Shown here piece by piece: positions 41,128 to 53,600 of a stretch of 64,000 bases of DNA. The position numbers and the translations under genes were made by a program. This DNA comes from Tricharina praecox (lineage: Eukaryota), in the NCBI RefSeq assembly GCF_024521635.1, contig NW_026250415.1, positions 434,001 to 498,000 on the forward strand, in the 5' to 3' direction. The notes under the pieces were generated by a model that did not search any database, was not told the origin of the DNA, and saw nothing but the letters and a program-made list of their open reading frames with translations. Positions within the stretch are counted from its first letter, which is position 1, and each line of letters begins with the position of its first letter.

Positions 41128-42782
41128 CTACTTCTTCATCCTGCCCAGCACCTTTCCGACCGCCTTCCTTATAACGCTGCCGCCCGCCTCAACATCCTTC
41201 TTCGAGTGTCCAACGGTAACACTCGCCATCAGCATCGGCGGACCCTCCCAGCCAAACCTCCTACCGGGCGCAAAATCCGTCGCACTGGAGTCCTTAACCT
41301 TCTTAACTCTTGAGATCATGACGCCGGAGCCCATGCACTCATCGACGATATCGACGAGGACACGCTCCTCGATATCCGCGCCCTTCTGCTCAAAGATATC
41401 ATTTTTCAGGTAGAATAGACACCTCGGATTCTCGGGGGCCGAGCTGATGAGTATATGTTCACAGCGCTCGAGCTGCTGTCTGAACAGCCGCATTTTCTCG
41501 CGGAGGTCCGTGATCAGCTCTGGGTTCGACTCGAGGAGCTTGACGGACTCGGCCGCGGCGACAGAGAGCATTGCCGGCAGCGCGGCGGAGAACACGTAGG
41601 CGGACGACGAGATGCGCTGGTGCTCGACGACCTCGAGCGTGCCTGCGCAGAACCCGCCGCCCGCGCATAGCGCGTGCGATAGCGAGCCGATCAGCATCTC
41701 GACGTGCGTCGTGTCGATGTTTTGGTGCTCCGTGGCGCCGCGCCCGGTGCGCCCAAGAACGCCAAAGCTGTGCGTTTCGTCTAGGATCAGACGGTACTTG
41801 AAACGGTTCTTGAGCTCGATGATCTTGGCGAGGTCTGGCATGTCGCCCGTGTTTTCGAAGAGGCCTTCGGTCACGATGAAGCGCCGCGTGAGTGGCTTGC
41901 GTTTTTGCTCCTTGGCCACTTGCGTCAGGACGCGCTCGAGGTCTTCCATGTCGTTGTGGTTGAACCAGCGGACGGTGGAACGGGAGACCTAGAGAGGTTA
42001 GTCGTACGTAATGCGGCGGGATTTCGGAAAAGTTACCTGGAGACCCTTCTGGATCGAAAAGTTGACGGCGCGGTCGGCAATGATGATGTCTCCACGCTTC
42101 GAGAAAGCCGGGATGACGGACGAGATGGTGGAGAACGCCTGGGCATAGACGATACACGCCTCGACGCCGAGGAACCGTGCGATCTCCTTCTCCGTGTCCA
42201 TGTGCACATCCTGAGTACCGTAGAAGTTTGGGGGCCCGCAAGCACCGACACCGTAGCTGCGAAGAACCTGCACTCCGCGTTCCTTGATGAGCTCGTTCGC
42301 CACCAGGTTGTAGTAGTTGGTTGAAGCCAGGTTGGTCACGGACTTGCCGTTCGCCAGCTTCACCCGGGGACCAGTGGGTCCGGCAATGATGGGACGGCGC
42401 TCCTCCTCAAAGACTTCGAGCTCGGTGGAAGGTGCGACGAGGGGCTCCGGTGACCACTCTTCGACTAATTCGTCAATCTCCTATCGTGCCCAAGGCCGTG
42501 ATTAGTTCCGGAAACGAAGCTTCGTGACGCGGGAGTGGATCGCTTGCAACAAACCTCTTCGGTCAGGTCCATTGACTTCTGTTTCGTAGAGTACCGTGGA
42601 GCGAGGAGGTATCGCACGGCGAAGAGGAAGAGACATAGTTCGACAACGGAGCGGATAGGGTCGTTCTGGTAGGAATTTTGGACGTAGCGGAGCAGGATCG
42701 AGGAACCGGGGACTCGCCGAAATTTCGTAGATACTTCGTCGATGGTGCTGTTGAGGAGCACGAGGGCGTGTTGTAAATCCAT
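41128..42782 (-). CDS. LCB1: Serine palmitoyltransferase subunit Lcb1 (3 exons)
   Basis: VPGSSILLRYVQNSYQNDPIRSVVEL, NLASTNYYN, YGVGACGPPNFYGTQDVH, IPAFSKRGDIIIAD, RRFIVTEGLFENTGD, LILDETHSFGVLGRTGRG, VEHQRISSSAYVFSAALP. Confidence 0.96.
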
Positions 42783-43249
42783 GATCGCGGCACGTCGTGG
42801 TGGTGGTGGTTGTGGTTGTGGTGGCCGAGAGTGTGTGCTGTTAAGCTGCGGCGCTGAAAGTTGTGGTGTGATGGGATCTCGAAAAGGAGAAATACTCGGA
42901 ATCGTGGCCTTCACGTGATGCCGGGGTCCGGAGTTCGGGTCAATTCCAAAGCATCATTTATCACTCGTCCTCGGGTCCACGAAGACTGCTGATTTTTACG
43001 CCGCTGGCATAAATCCGTAAGATCAAAAGCATGAGTTATATCGGATGGCATTATTCGAGTCAGGTTGTCGTATTATCAATAGAAACCCATGTCAGTAGAA
43101 ATAAGGTATTGGTCGGTCGTCATGTATGTGATCTTCAATGGCCAAGGGAGTGGCCGTATTGGGCGGCCGGCAGTTCACGGTTTACTCGTACTCGGGCACC
43201 ATATTGTAAGAACAACCATTAGTTTACTAGACCACTACCACTCGACACA

Positions 43250-44434
43250 ATGGCTTCGACGATCCCCTCAGAGTCCACTCTCGTACGGCGTGTTGCAGCC
43301 TCCCGAAAGCTCGAAAAACAGATCCCCCGCATTAACCTCATCTCCATCATTATCCGCGTCGCCCAATTCATTATCCTCGGTGGCTTCAGCCTTGCCTATG
43401 CAATGGCACAGCCTCCCGTCTTCCTCGACACTTTCGTCTGGCCGCAGAACACATCGCCGCCCTACACAATGACAGTCTATCGGAACACCACCTCTGGTAG
43501 TGAAACACGGGTAGAATACTTTGGCCATCAGCATAGGAGCTCTCTTAACTACTCGGTCATGACGGTTGAGTGGAACGATAAACGGTCGCCGCCGGGACTG
43601 TCAGAGAAGTATGATTGTGGCTGGGACCTGCGGTTGGGCTGTGAAGGTGCGCAGTGGGCAGCTACGAGGATTGGATGGTTGGACTCGTGGCCGTTTGACG
43701 TTGATGAGCAGATGGCAAGAATTATCTACATTGATAGGTATATCTTCTGGTTACTGGTCGTAGGGGTAAGTTACTCTATGTGAAGCTTTACAAAGATACT
43801 GATGCCGAAGCAGGGCTATCTGGGCTCCAGTCACAACGTGGTGGTAATGATTCATGCCCTAGAACCATCCGGAGTCGGATTTTATAAGTAAGAGAACGGA
43901 TACATGGGGCTCCTCGGGATGCTAATGACAAGTGACGCCTCAGGTATATCGCAATAATGGACTTCATCATCAGCATCTTATTCCTCCTTCTCGGCATCTT
44001 CCCTATCGCGATACAGCAGTATCTGTCGTCGATCGTCAAGGAGGAACAAGGCACATTCGGCACCTCCTTCGCCTCCCTCTTCGGACTTTTCACGAGCGTA
44101 CTCAACGCCAACGAACAGTATGCGTTTTGCATGGGATGGACTTTGTGGTAATAATTAGATCCGGCGGATGTCGGAGCGAAAGAAAGCTGACTCGAACTGT
44201 GATAGGGCCCTCTACACGGTTACGTTCCTTCTGAGTACCATCTTGGTCCGGAATCTGGAAAGGTACGAATCGCTTCCGAAGAGGCTGCCCGCATCAATGG
44301 CTACGAACAACAGAAGCCCGCCAACTACCCGAGCGACCGCCGCCAATTGTCGAGCAATACCGGGGAAAGACGTTGCCCCAGCTGTCACAATTACGAGGAG
44401 GTATATCGGGCCTTCGGGAAACGTGAGGAATTAG
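43250..44434 (+). CDS. Hypothetical about 4-TM membrane protein A, with a large first loop
   Basis: Four exons joined in frame by GTAAGT..CAG, GTAAGA..CAG and GTATGC..TAG introns with CTRAY sites; hydrophobic segments IIIRVAQFIILGGFSLAYA, YIFWLLVVG.., YIAIMDFIISILFLLLGIFPIAI, ALYTVTFLLSTILV. Confidence 0.65.
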
Positions 44435-45257
44435 GTTAGACGGGGTCTCATTTCCTGGCCGCATCGAGCAAATGTCTGTCTGGGACTCTCAATTATTGTA
44501 ACATGATTAAAGTACTTGGGTACTTATGCAGTGAACTGGAGGGAGGATGGCATGGTTACTGTAGGACTAGCATTGTGAATATGAGGAATGGTCGAATAAG
44601 ACTCTTCATGATTCACTGGGGAGAATTCCTACGGTCCACCACATCTTTGGCTCCAGTTGCTCCCCTTCACATTGGCTCTCTGTTCAGTTGTTTTTACAGG
44701 ATCATTGTTCCAACGCATGGGTAGAATAGCTCGTCCGTAAAGTAGAGAGCTTTCAGGTCGCTGATGCCATCCTCACGCTGGAAATTTGGCCGTGTCTTTG
44801 ATGGTAACATCAAGGAGATGGTAGACTCATGGCATCGTCCAAAGTGGAACCATCGGTGGATAATCTGCTTGCAGGATTATTTCTTTCCGTCCAGATGCTT
44901 GCTCGCGGGCTCATTTATTAGTACGTACTCCTTGCGCATCGATCTCCACTGCCGCTCGCTCGATCGCACTATGTGTTCTGAGACCTGTCCCAATCAGTAA
45001 GCACATGCAACTGCAACTGGCAGCCAACCCATTGTCCCCGCCCTCCGCCCTCCTCTACTTCCACACATCCTTCTCATCCTCCACCTCTCCTCATATTCCT
45101 TCAACCTTTCCGTATTTTTGCTATTAACTGAACCATATCTCCATTTGCTGCTCGGACCAGATTCCCTACCGCCGAACTATCTCGAGGCTGTCAACAGGTC
45201 CCACTACCGCACTTCTTGCATCGGATTTTGCTCTACCTCCCCACAGCACCTTACGCG

Positions 45258-46198
45258 ATGCACCGTCTTCTGATTGCAGCGAGGGAAAAGCTCGCCTCAA
45301 TAGACTGGCGGCAGAGAAAGCGGTCCAACTTCAACAGAGCTCTGTTCTTCGTACAGTTGGTGTTCTTCGGTGGGCCACTGGCAAATCCTCCCTTTCTCTG
45401 CCCAGCTGATATTCTCTAGCGACCTCGCTCGGAATTGCCTCCAGAGTCGGTTGCACGTTCGGCGACATACTACTCGCGCCTTCTTCAACACTTCCTAAGC
45501 CATGGTGCTTCAGTTGGCTTTTCTCTTTCGTACGGCCCCTTTATCTCCAAGGACTTCCCCTAAAACTAATGTTGGGCATAGGCAATCATTGAAGGTATTA
45601 TCGGTGGCCTTCAGCTTTTTCATTCTTGCTACCAGGGCGTCACCAGCTCAGGTCGCTGCTTGACAATCCCTCTCCACCGCTTCTATATCTTCATCGATAT
45701 AGTAATGTGCGCTATAAGCTTCTTGAGCCTCTATATCATTGCCAACTTCATCATGATTCATCACGGGCTGGACCCCAAAGGAAAAAATGCCATTAAAGAT
45801 CTCATAGGAGAGGAGAATCTTCACATGCTATCCGGAGAGTCAAAGTGGGCAGCTTGCATACAGCTCGTGATATTGGAAGTTACTCAGATGTTTGTCATCC
45901 CTTAACATTCTTGGACAAGTTGAAATCAGACCATTCTGACGATGGATGCAGCCTTGGCCTGGGAATGTCTATCATGCTGCAAGCAGTGCTGCACTCTCGC
46001 CGGAGGCGTGGATGGTCACTGAAGCCGGGGAGATGGGGGAGAGAAGGGCACGAACTTCAAAACCAGCCCCGTGTCCTTCCAAATAGACACTCGAGTGCTT
46101 TCCCCCAACCCGAAGGTGCAGTGAACAGCCCAACCCCGATTGATCCACTACCCAATGGTGCTGCAGCCAATCAAGAGGACAGAATCGAACCTGTCTAG
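45258..46198 (+). CDS. Hypothetical about 4-TM membrane protein B
   Basis: MHRLLIAAREKL...RALFFVQLVFF, then ATSLGIASRVGC...WCFSWLFSF, then AIIEGIIGGLQLF...FYIFIDIVMCAISFLSLYIIANF; three predicted introns, the last donor uncertain. Confidence 0.55.
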
Positions 46199-46834
46199 AA
46201 GGGCAACAAGGGTCACAATGGAGCACAGGTAGGCGGATGATGATATTCGTGTGAGGCTTCGTTAGGATCAGTTTTGAAAAAAGCTTGGATGGAGAGTTTT
46301 GGAAACGTTAATCATTGGTCGAGTAATGTTCTTTGCTGTTGAAGGAATTACAGAAATATGGAAATGCGGGTTCTTTTCATGTTTTAATGTTTAATGTTGT
46401 GGAGGACGAGGATGGGTATCTGTCTGTGTAGTTGCGGATGGCTTGTTGGTCTTCTTACTGTAAGATGCTGGTTCGGTCATGTACCATGCTGCTGGAGAGC
46501 TCTTCCTAGAGGAATGATAATGCTTGTTTGACGAGTATCATGAATTGCCATCCAGTCTCTCGTGAATTCGGAAATATGTAGTGCCTGTCTCAGAGCGGGA
46601 ATTCGCACTCCTACTGCATATTTGCTCACTCGCACTTAGCCTCGCAATAGGCTGCTTGCATAAAAACTACACCGACTAACTCTTCCGCTCTCTTCGCTGC
46701 ATCCATCTTCTCTCATACCAACTCCTTTGAAACTTCTGCCTCACAACTCTCTCCCTACTGACGTCGCACTTCCATCAAACCCCACACACTCGTCAAACAT
46801 ACAGTACTTTCCCCAAGTCCCGTTAGACTCCGCT

Positions 46835-47660
46835 ATGTTTCACGCTGCTGCCAATCCCAACATCCTCGCCTACGTGGATCCCACCTTCTTCCCCGCAGGC
46901 ACACCATTTACGGCCAGAGCACCAGGAGGCCGTCGAAACTGCCTTGCATTCTTCGACTATGCTCGGAAGCCACGGACTCCCATTGAAGCCACGCTGATCA
47001 CATTCCGGATATTGGGGTTCCTTCTCGGTGCTGCTTTGTTCCTCATGGGAATCCTCTACATCAGTCTCCCTGCCACCTTTGGGGCCAATCGGGTCGAGCC
47101 TATTGCTGCGTTGATCGTGGTAAGTACTTACCTACTCGTCGATGGATATGGGGATGGGGAGGGTGATGGAGATGTTGACGACGACGTCGATTATAGGGTC
47201 CCGTTACGATGACGTTTTTCTTCTTTGAGGCTTACCTGTGCACCGGGCACCTCGTCGATCCCGCCGGATTGCCGGTATTGTATGTTTCTTGCTGCCAATC
47301 ATTCTTCCCTACCATCTCGGGCGCAGAGTGACTGATACGACATAGTATTACCGAATTGGTGTTCCAAGTCTTCAACCTCATCCTTAATGCGTGCGCGCTT
47401 GGGTGGCTCGCACTGTTCGACTTCGGCCGTCAACAAGACCGCGCCGACTGGTGGGTGTTTGTGATGTTGTTTTCACTCAACGGGTATGTTGCAAAGTCGT
47501 CCAGTGAGCCTGGAGGATGCTGATAAGAGATTGCAGGTTTCTGGCACTCGCCGTGGCGATCACCATGACAGTCATGATATTCATCGCCGTCGCAAAACGC
47601 GAGAAGGCAGCTGTAACGGTCGGATCCCCAGGCCCTGAAAATTTGACGGCCACAGCTTGA
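46835..47660 (+). CDS. Hypothetical about 4-TM (MARVEL-like topology) membrane protein C
   Basis: Four exons, canonical GTAAGT/GTATGT/GTATGT introns; TMs ITFRILGFLLGAALFLMGILYI, IAALIV-GPVTMTFFFFEAYL, ITELVFQVFNLILNACALGWLALF, WWVFVMLFSLNGFLALAVAITMTVMIFIAV. Confidence 0.7.
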
Positions 47661-48882
47661 TCAATGATGTGTGTGTGCTGGTATTGTATGAATAACTTCG
47701 TCATGGATTATGGGAGGTTGAGGAGCTGTGAAGCTGGTGGGCTATCTGTTTTTTTACGCAGCTGGTATGCGGGATAATTGTATGAGTGTAGTAAGCAAAG
47801 AGATTCACAACCTGATCCGGAATCACAGTATCAGTGCTGCCTTAAACCTCAAGTACATAGGAGGCACCGGATGGGCTTCGTCGCGGTTATTGATGTTTCT
47901 CACCGACTGTCGGAATGGCCCGCTTCCCAAATGTTTCCTCTGTCTCCACGCTGTTGCCGTACAGAGGCTTGAGTCCCCGTGATAGGACAGATTTGACACC
48001 CCCCATCAATAGCTAGCAAAGTAACCTTGCACGTACGTATCTTCTAATCCTTCGACTCGTTCTTGCTCACGTCCACCGGGCATCGCCTTTGGGGATCTAA
48101 CGTGGAATCTGAACGGAAGACCCGAAATACGTCGTCAGGTCATTCTTGATGAAGACACAAGAGTCACCGGAATTGCGCGTACTTCGGGGGTGACGACCTC
48201 CCCTGCAGGGCGAATCAGGCTCGGCCTTAAATGTCAGCTTTTGGATCTGGAGATGAGATATCCGGAAGCATCTTGGGCTATTTGTTGGCTTGCGTAAGTG
48301 GTATTTCTTGAGTGCTCATAGCTAGAAACTAACGGCATGGCTTGAATACATAGGTAGGCTAGACTATATAGAGATCCAGCGGACACTTCCTAAGGTTAGC
48401 AACGTTTATTCGGCGCTACATCATGGCGTTTTAAAGAAATTTCGAAGACGAAGGATTTACTTTCGGGGAGAGCCTTTCTCTGGGGAACAAATGTCGAGGG
48501 TGATTCACCTATGGGAATTACACTACGCCCCGCCTACGAAAGACGGAAAGCTTGGCCAGCTCCGCAGTACCTAACGCTGCCGGTGCCACCGCTTTTACGT
48601 GCACCGTCGGTGGACGGTGGACCCATCATCTGTTTCGGAGTTTAACTCGCTCAATTATTCTCTCTCCTCATGCCACATATTGGACAGGCGATATTTAGGT
48701 TTGCTTCTATCGTTTCCGTTTCCACCTTACGCCCCGATCACCCAGCTAGTGTTAAGTAATGAAAGCGAGTACGACTTCAGGCTACCTTTCAGTTCAATCA
48801 TACAAACATTGCACGCACACCAACACCGCAACTGTGCACATCACTTTGCAACTTCTTCCATTTCATCATATCCCGGCTTCCC

Positions 48883-49329
48883 TCAAGCCCCCCAGCCTCT
48901 ATCCAGCCTCATCACCCCCGACCCTCCATTCGGAAACCCCTGATAAACGGGCTTATAAACCGGCGCTCCTTCCGTTCCCCTCCTCATGTCGAAAACACCT
49001 GGCCCTGCCATCCCCGGGCCTCTTGTACTTATCCCCATCGGTGACGACGGCATATGTACCGGGTGATGGTGATGTATGTGCGGCGGATGCTTCGGGTGTG
49101 GATATACGTAGCACGGCGGCGGGCGGATAATCTCAATCCACCTATTCCTTCCTCGGCCGGTGGGCATGCTGAGCAGATGTCTTGCGCTCGCGGCCGTCTC
49201 GACTCTTCTCTTCACCACGCGGCGGTGCAGGAAACTGGCCGCTACCAGTATAATCACTAGGAGGATCACCATCGTGAGGATAATGGCGATCGTGGATGAC
49301 GGAGGGAGATTTGGTGGCAAGGGAGACAT
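48883..49329 (-). CDS. Hypothetical single-pass membrane protein with PPxY motif
   Basis: ATG, one strong TM (IAIILTMVILLVIILVAASFL) followed by basic HRRVVKRR and PPPCY. Confidence 0.5.
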   Translation of the reverse strand: MSPLPPNLPPSSTIAIILTMVILLVIILVAASFLHRRVVKRRVETAASARHLLSMPTGRGRNRWIEIIRPPPCYVYPHPKHPPHIHHHHPVHMPSSPMGISTRGPGMAGPGVFDMRRGTEGAPVYKPVYQGFPNGGSGVMRLDRGWGA

Positions 49330-50616
49330 CGTCGTTTACTTCTGAGGAGCGGGGAGGGGGGGGGGGGAATGCTGGGGGAGACGGGGGTGGGGGGAGGTGA
49401 AGATATGGAAGATCGAACGAGTGCTGATGAGCAAACGAAAGGCGAGTGCGTGCGAGTGATGTCGGGTCTACCCAAAACGAACGGCGCCCGGAATGGTGCA
49501 TATCGGGCTGTAGGCTTCAGATGGTTAGATGCCACGACTCCCGTCGGGATGCGGACACCCTGCCTGGGAAATTTCGGTTCGTGCGTGCGGTGGGACTATT
49601 GGCCGACGTCCTGGAGGAGATATTTCCGCTGGCTTCGATAACTATCGCGCCGGATCAAGCGTCAAACGAAATCGATCGTAATCCGTTGGTCATGTAATAT
49701 TGCTAACGGCTCATGCATGTGCTCGCACCGAGCACCTGACCGATTAGGCTACACGTAAAGACTATGACACTATAGTCTCTGACAATATAGGTAGTGGAAG
49801 CCCCTCCGGTAGAGAAGAATACTGGTTCCATGGTTCGCAACAGTCAGCCCTGGGCATGTTAGCAGTTGTTCGATAACGGATTGCTTTTTTCGGACACAGA
49901 ATCTTCACCTGAATGAAATCAGTGCTTTCAAGGCTGGGACCATGGTGTCTACCAGCCGCGGGGCGGCGAATGACGGCTGATGATACCGGTTCTCTGCCGT
50001 GGCTTGGGTGTCTTCGCTTTCAGCCATCTAGTACCTTGTATACTGTTGACTGTGATCCGAAGGAGAATGAGGTTCGTAACCTGGGTATCGGCTCAAGGAG
50101 GCGCTGCAGCAGACCGCATCACCAAAGTCTGGGCATGGGCCCTACTATGTATACCAGCATGGAAGTACTACATGCTGCATGTATTTTGTGATCAGTGGCG
50201 TCGAGGAGCCACAGAACATGCACTCAGACAGAGGAAAGTATAGATCGCTGTGTAGCAGTGCCACTTTCCTTTCCTAGACTTGTAGCCCTGTCGCCACGGC
50301 GAGCATACAAAATAGCCTAGACCCACATCCTAGCTAACAAACATCGAACCATCCCGCAAAGCTACAGCCCTCACCCATACAAGCACGTAATCCACTTCCA
50401 GTCGCATACCCAAAAGAATCTTCAAACTGATATCGCAACCGCACCATATCATAAACGTAGGCATGCTCTACCGACACAAGCATCCAGCTCTGCATAGCAG
50501 TAGCATCCCAAAGAGCAACAGAGACTGTCAGATCACGCCATTTGGCTCAAATTAGCATGATTATCATAGCGGGAACTAAGGTACGAGAGTAGCACCCACG
50601 CGCTCTCGGTTCCACC

Positions 50617-53600
50617 CTAGGCTTGAGGTCCATCGTCACGCTGCCAGGTCGAGTGACTTTGAAGGACTCTGTCAGATTGTTCGCCAAACGGTGCAGCTGG
50701 ATGCACCGCCGCCGGTGACGTCGGGTTGTGAGAGGCTAGTTCCCTATAGAGTCAGGCCAAACAGGCACCACTTAGCCGCCGTCATCGACATTTCCAGATC
50801 AGAAGGACTCACTTTCTATCGAATCAAGCCAAACAGGCACCACTTAGCCGCCGTCATCGACATTTCCAGATCAGAAGGACTCACTCTCTATCGAATCAAG
50901 CCAGGCAGGCACCACTTAGCCGCCGTCATCGACATTTCCAGATCAGAAGGACTCACAAGCTATCGAATCAAGCCAAACAGGCACCACTTAGCCGCCGTCA
51001 TCGACATTTCCAGATCAGAAGGACTCACCGGCTATCGAATCAAGCCAGGCAGGCACCACTTAGCCGCCGTCATCGACATTTCCAGATCAGAAGGACTCAC
51101 AAGCTATCGAATCAAGCCAAACAGGCACCACTTAGCCGCCGTCATCGACATTTCCAGATCAGAAGGACTCACAAGCTATCGAATCAAGCCAAACAGGCAC
51201 CACTTAGCCGCCGTCATCGACATTTCCAGATCAGAAGGACTCACTCTCTATCGAATCAAGCCAAACAGGCACCACTTAGCCGCCGTCATCGACATTTCCA
51301 GATCAGAAGGACTCACCGGCTATCGAATCAAGCCAGGCAGGCACCACTTAGCCGCCGTCATCGACATTTCCAGATCAGAAGGACTCACAAGCTATCGAAT
51401 CAAGCCAAACAGGCACCACTTAGCCGCCGTCATCGACATTTCCAGATCAGAAGGACTCACTCTCTATCGAATCAAGCCAGGCAGGCACCACTTAGCCGCC
51501 GTCATCGACATTTCCAGATCAGAAGGACTCACTTTCTATCGAATCAAGCCAAACAGGCACCACTTAGCCGCCGTCATCGACATTTCCAGATCAGAAGGAC
51601 TCACTCTCTATCGAATCAAGCCAGGCAGGCACCACTTAGCCGCCGTCATCGACATTTCCAGATCAGAAGGACTCACAAGCTATCGAATCAAGCCAAACAG
51701 GCACCACTTAGCCGCCGTCATCGACATTTCCAGATCAGAAGGACTCACTCTCTATCGAATCAAGCCAGGCAGGCACCACTTAGCCGCCGTCATCGACATT
51801 TCCAGATCAGAAGGACTCACTCTCTATCGAATCAAGCCAGGCAGGCACCACTTAGCCGCCGTCATCGACATTTCCAGATCAGAAGGACTCACTCTCTATC
51901 GAATCAAGCCAGGCAGGCACCACTTAGCCGCCGTCATCGACATTTCCAGATCAGAAGGACTCACTTTCTATCGAATCAAGCCAAACAGGCACCACTTAGC
52001 CGCCGTCATCGACATTTCCAGATCAGAAGGACTCACTCTCTATCGAATCAAGCCAGGCAGGCACCACTTAGCCGCCGTCATCGACATTTCCAGATCAGAA
52101 GGACTCACAAGCTATCGAATCAAGCCAAACAGGCACCACTTAGCCGCCGTCATCGACATTTCCAGATCAGAAGGACTCACTCTCTATCGAATCAAGCCAA
52201 ACAGGCACCACTTAGCCGCCGTCATCGACATTTCCAGATCAGAAGGACTCACCGGCTATCGAATCAAGCCAGGCAGGCACCACTTAGCCGCCGTCATCGA
52301 CATTTCCAGATCAGAAGGACTCACTTTCTATCGAATCAAGCCAGACAGGCACCACTTAGCCGCCGTCATCGACATTTCCAGATCAGAAGGACTCACTCTC
52401 TATCGAATCAAGCCAGGCAGGCACCACTTAGCCGCCGTCATCGACATTTCCAGATCAGAAGGACTCACTCTCTATCGAATCAAGCCAAACAGGCACCACT
52501 TAGCCGCCGTCATCGACATTTCCAGATCAGAAGGACTCACTCTCTATCGAATCAAGCCAGGCAGGCACCACTTAGCCGCCGTCATCGACATTTCCAGATC
52601 AGAAGGACTCACAAGCTATCGAATCAAGCCAAACAGGCACCACTTAGCCGCCGTCATCGACATTTCCAGATCAGAAGGACTCACTCTCTATCGAATCAAG
52701 CCAGGCAGGCACCACTTAGCCGCCGTCATCGACATTTCCAGATCAGAAGGACTCACTTTCTATCGAATCAAGCCAAACAGGCACCACTTAGCCGCCGTCA
52801 TCGACATTTCCAGATCAGAAGGACTCACAAGCTATCGAATCAAGCCAAACAGGCACCACTTAGCCGCCGTCATCGACATTTCCAGATCAGAAGGACTCAC
52901 CGGCTATCGAATCAAGCCAGGCAGGCACCACTTAGCCGCCGTCATCGACATTTCCAGATCAGAAGGACTCACAAGCTATCGAATCAAGCCAAACAGGCAC
53001 CACTTAGCCGCCGTCATCGACATTTCCAGATCAGAAGGACTCACAAGCTATCGAATCAAGCCAAACAGGCACCACTTAGCCGCCGTCATCGACATTTCCA
53101 GATCAGAAGGACTCACCGGCTATCGAATCAAGCCAAACAGGCACCACTTAGCCGCCGTCATCGACATTTCCAGATCAGAAGGACTCACCGGCTATCGAAT
53201 CAAGCCAGCCAGGCACCACTTAGCCGCCGTCATCGACATTTCCAGATCAGAAGGACTCACTCTCTATCGAATCAAGCCAAACAGGCACCACTTAGCCGCC
53301 GTCATCGACATTTCCAGATCAGAAGGACTCACCGGCTATCGAATCAAGCCAGGCAGGCACCACTTAGCCGCCGTCATCGACATTTCCAGATCAGAAGGAC
53401 TCACAAGCTATCGAATCAAGCCAAACAGGCACCACTTAGCCGCCGTCATCGACATTTCCAGATCAGAAGGACTCACTCTCTATCGAATCAAGCCAGGCAG
53501 GCACCACTTAGCCGCCGTCATCGACATTTCCAGATCAGAAGGACTCACAAGCTATCGAATCAAGCCAAACAGGCACCACTTAGCCGCCGTCATCGACATT

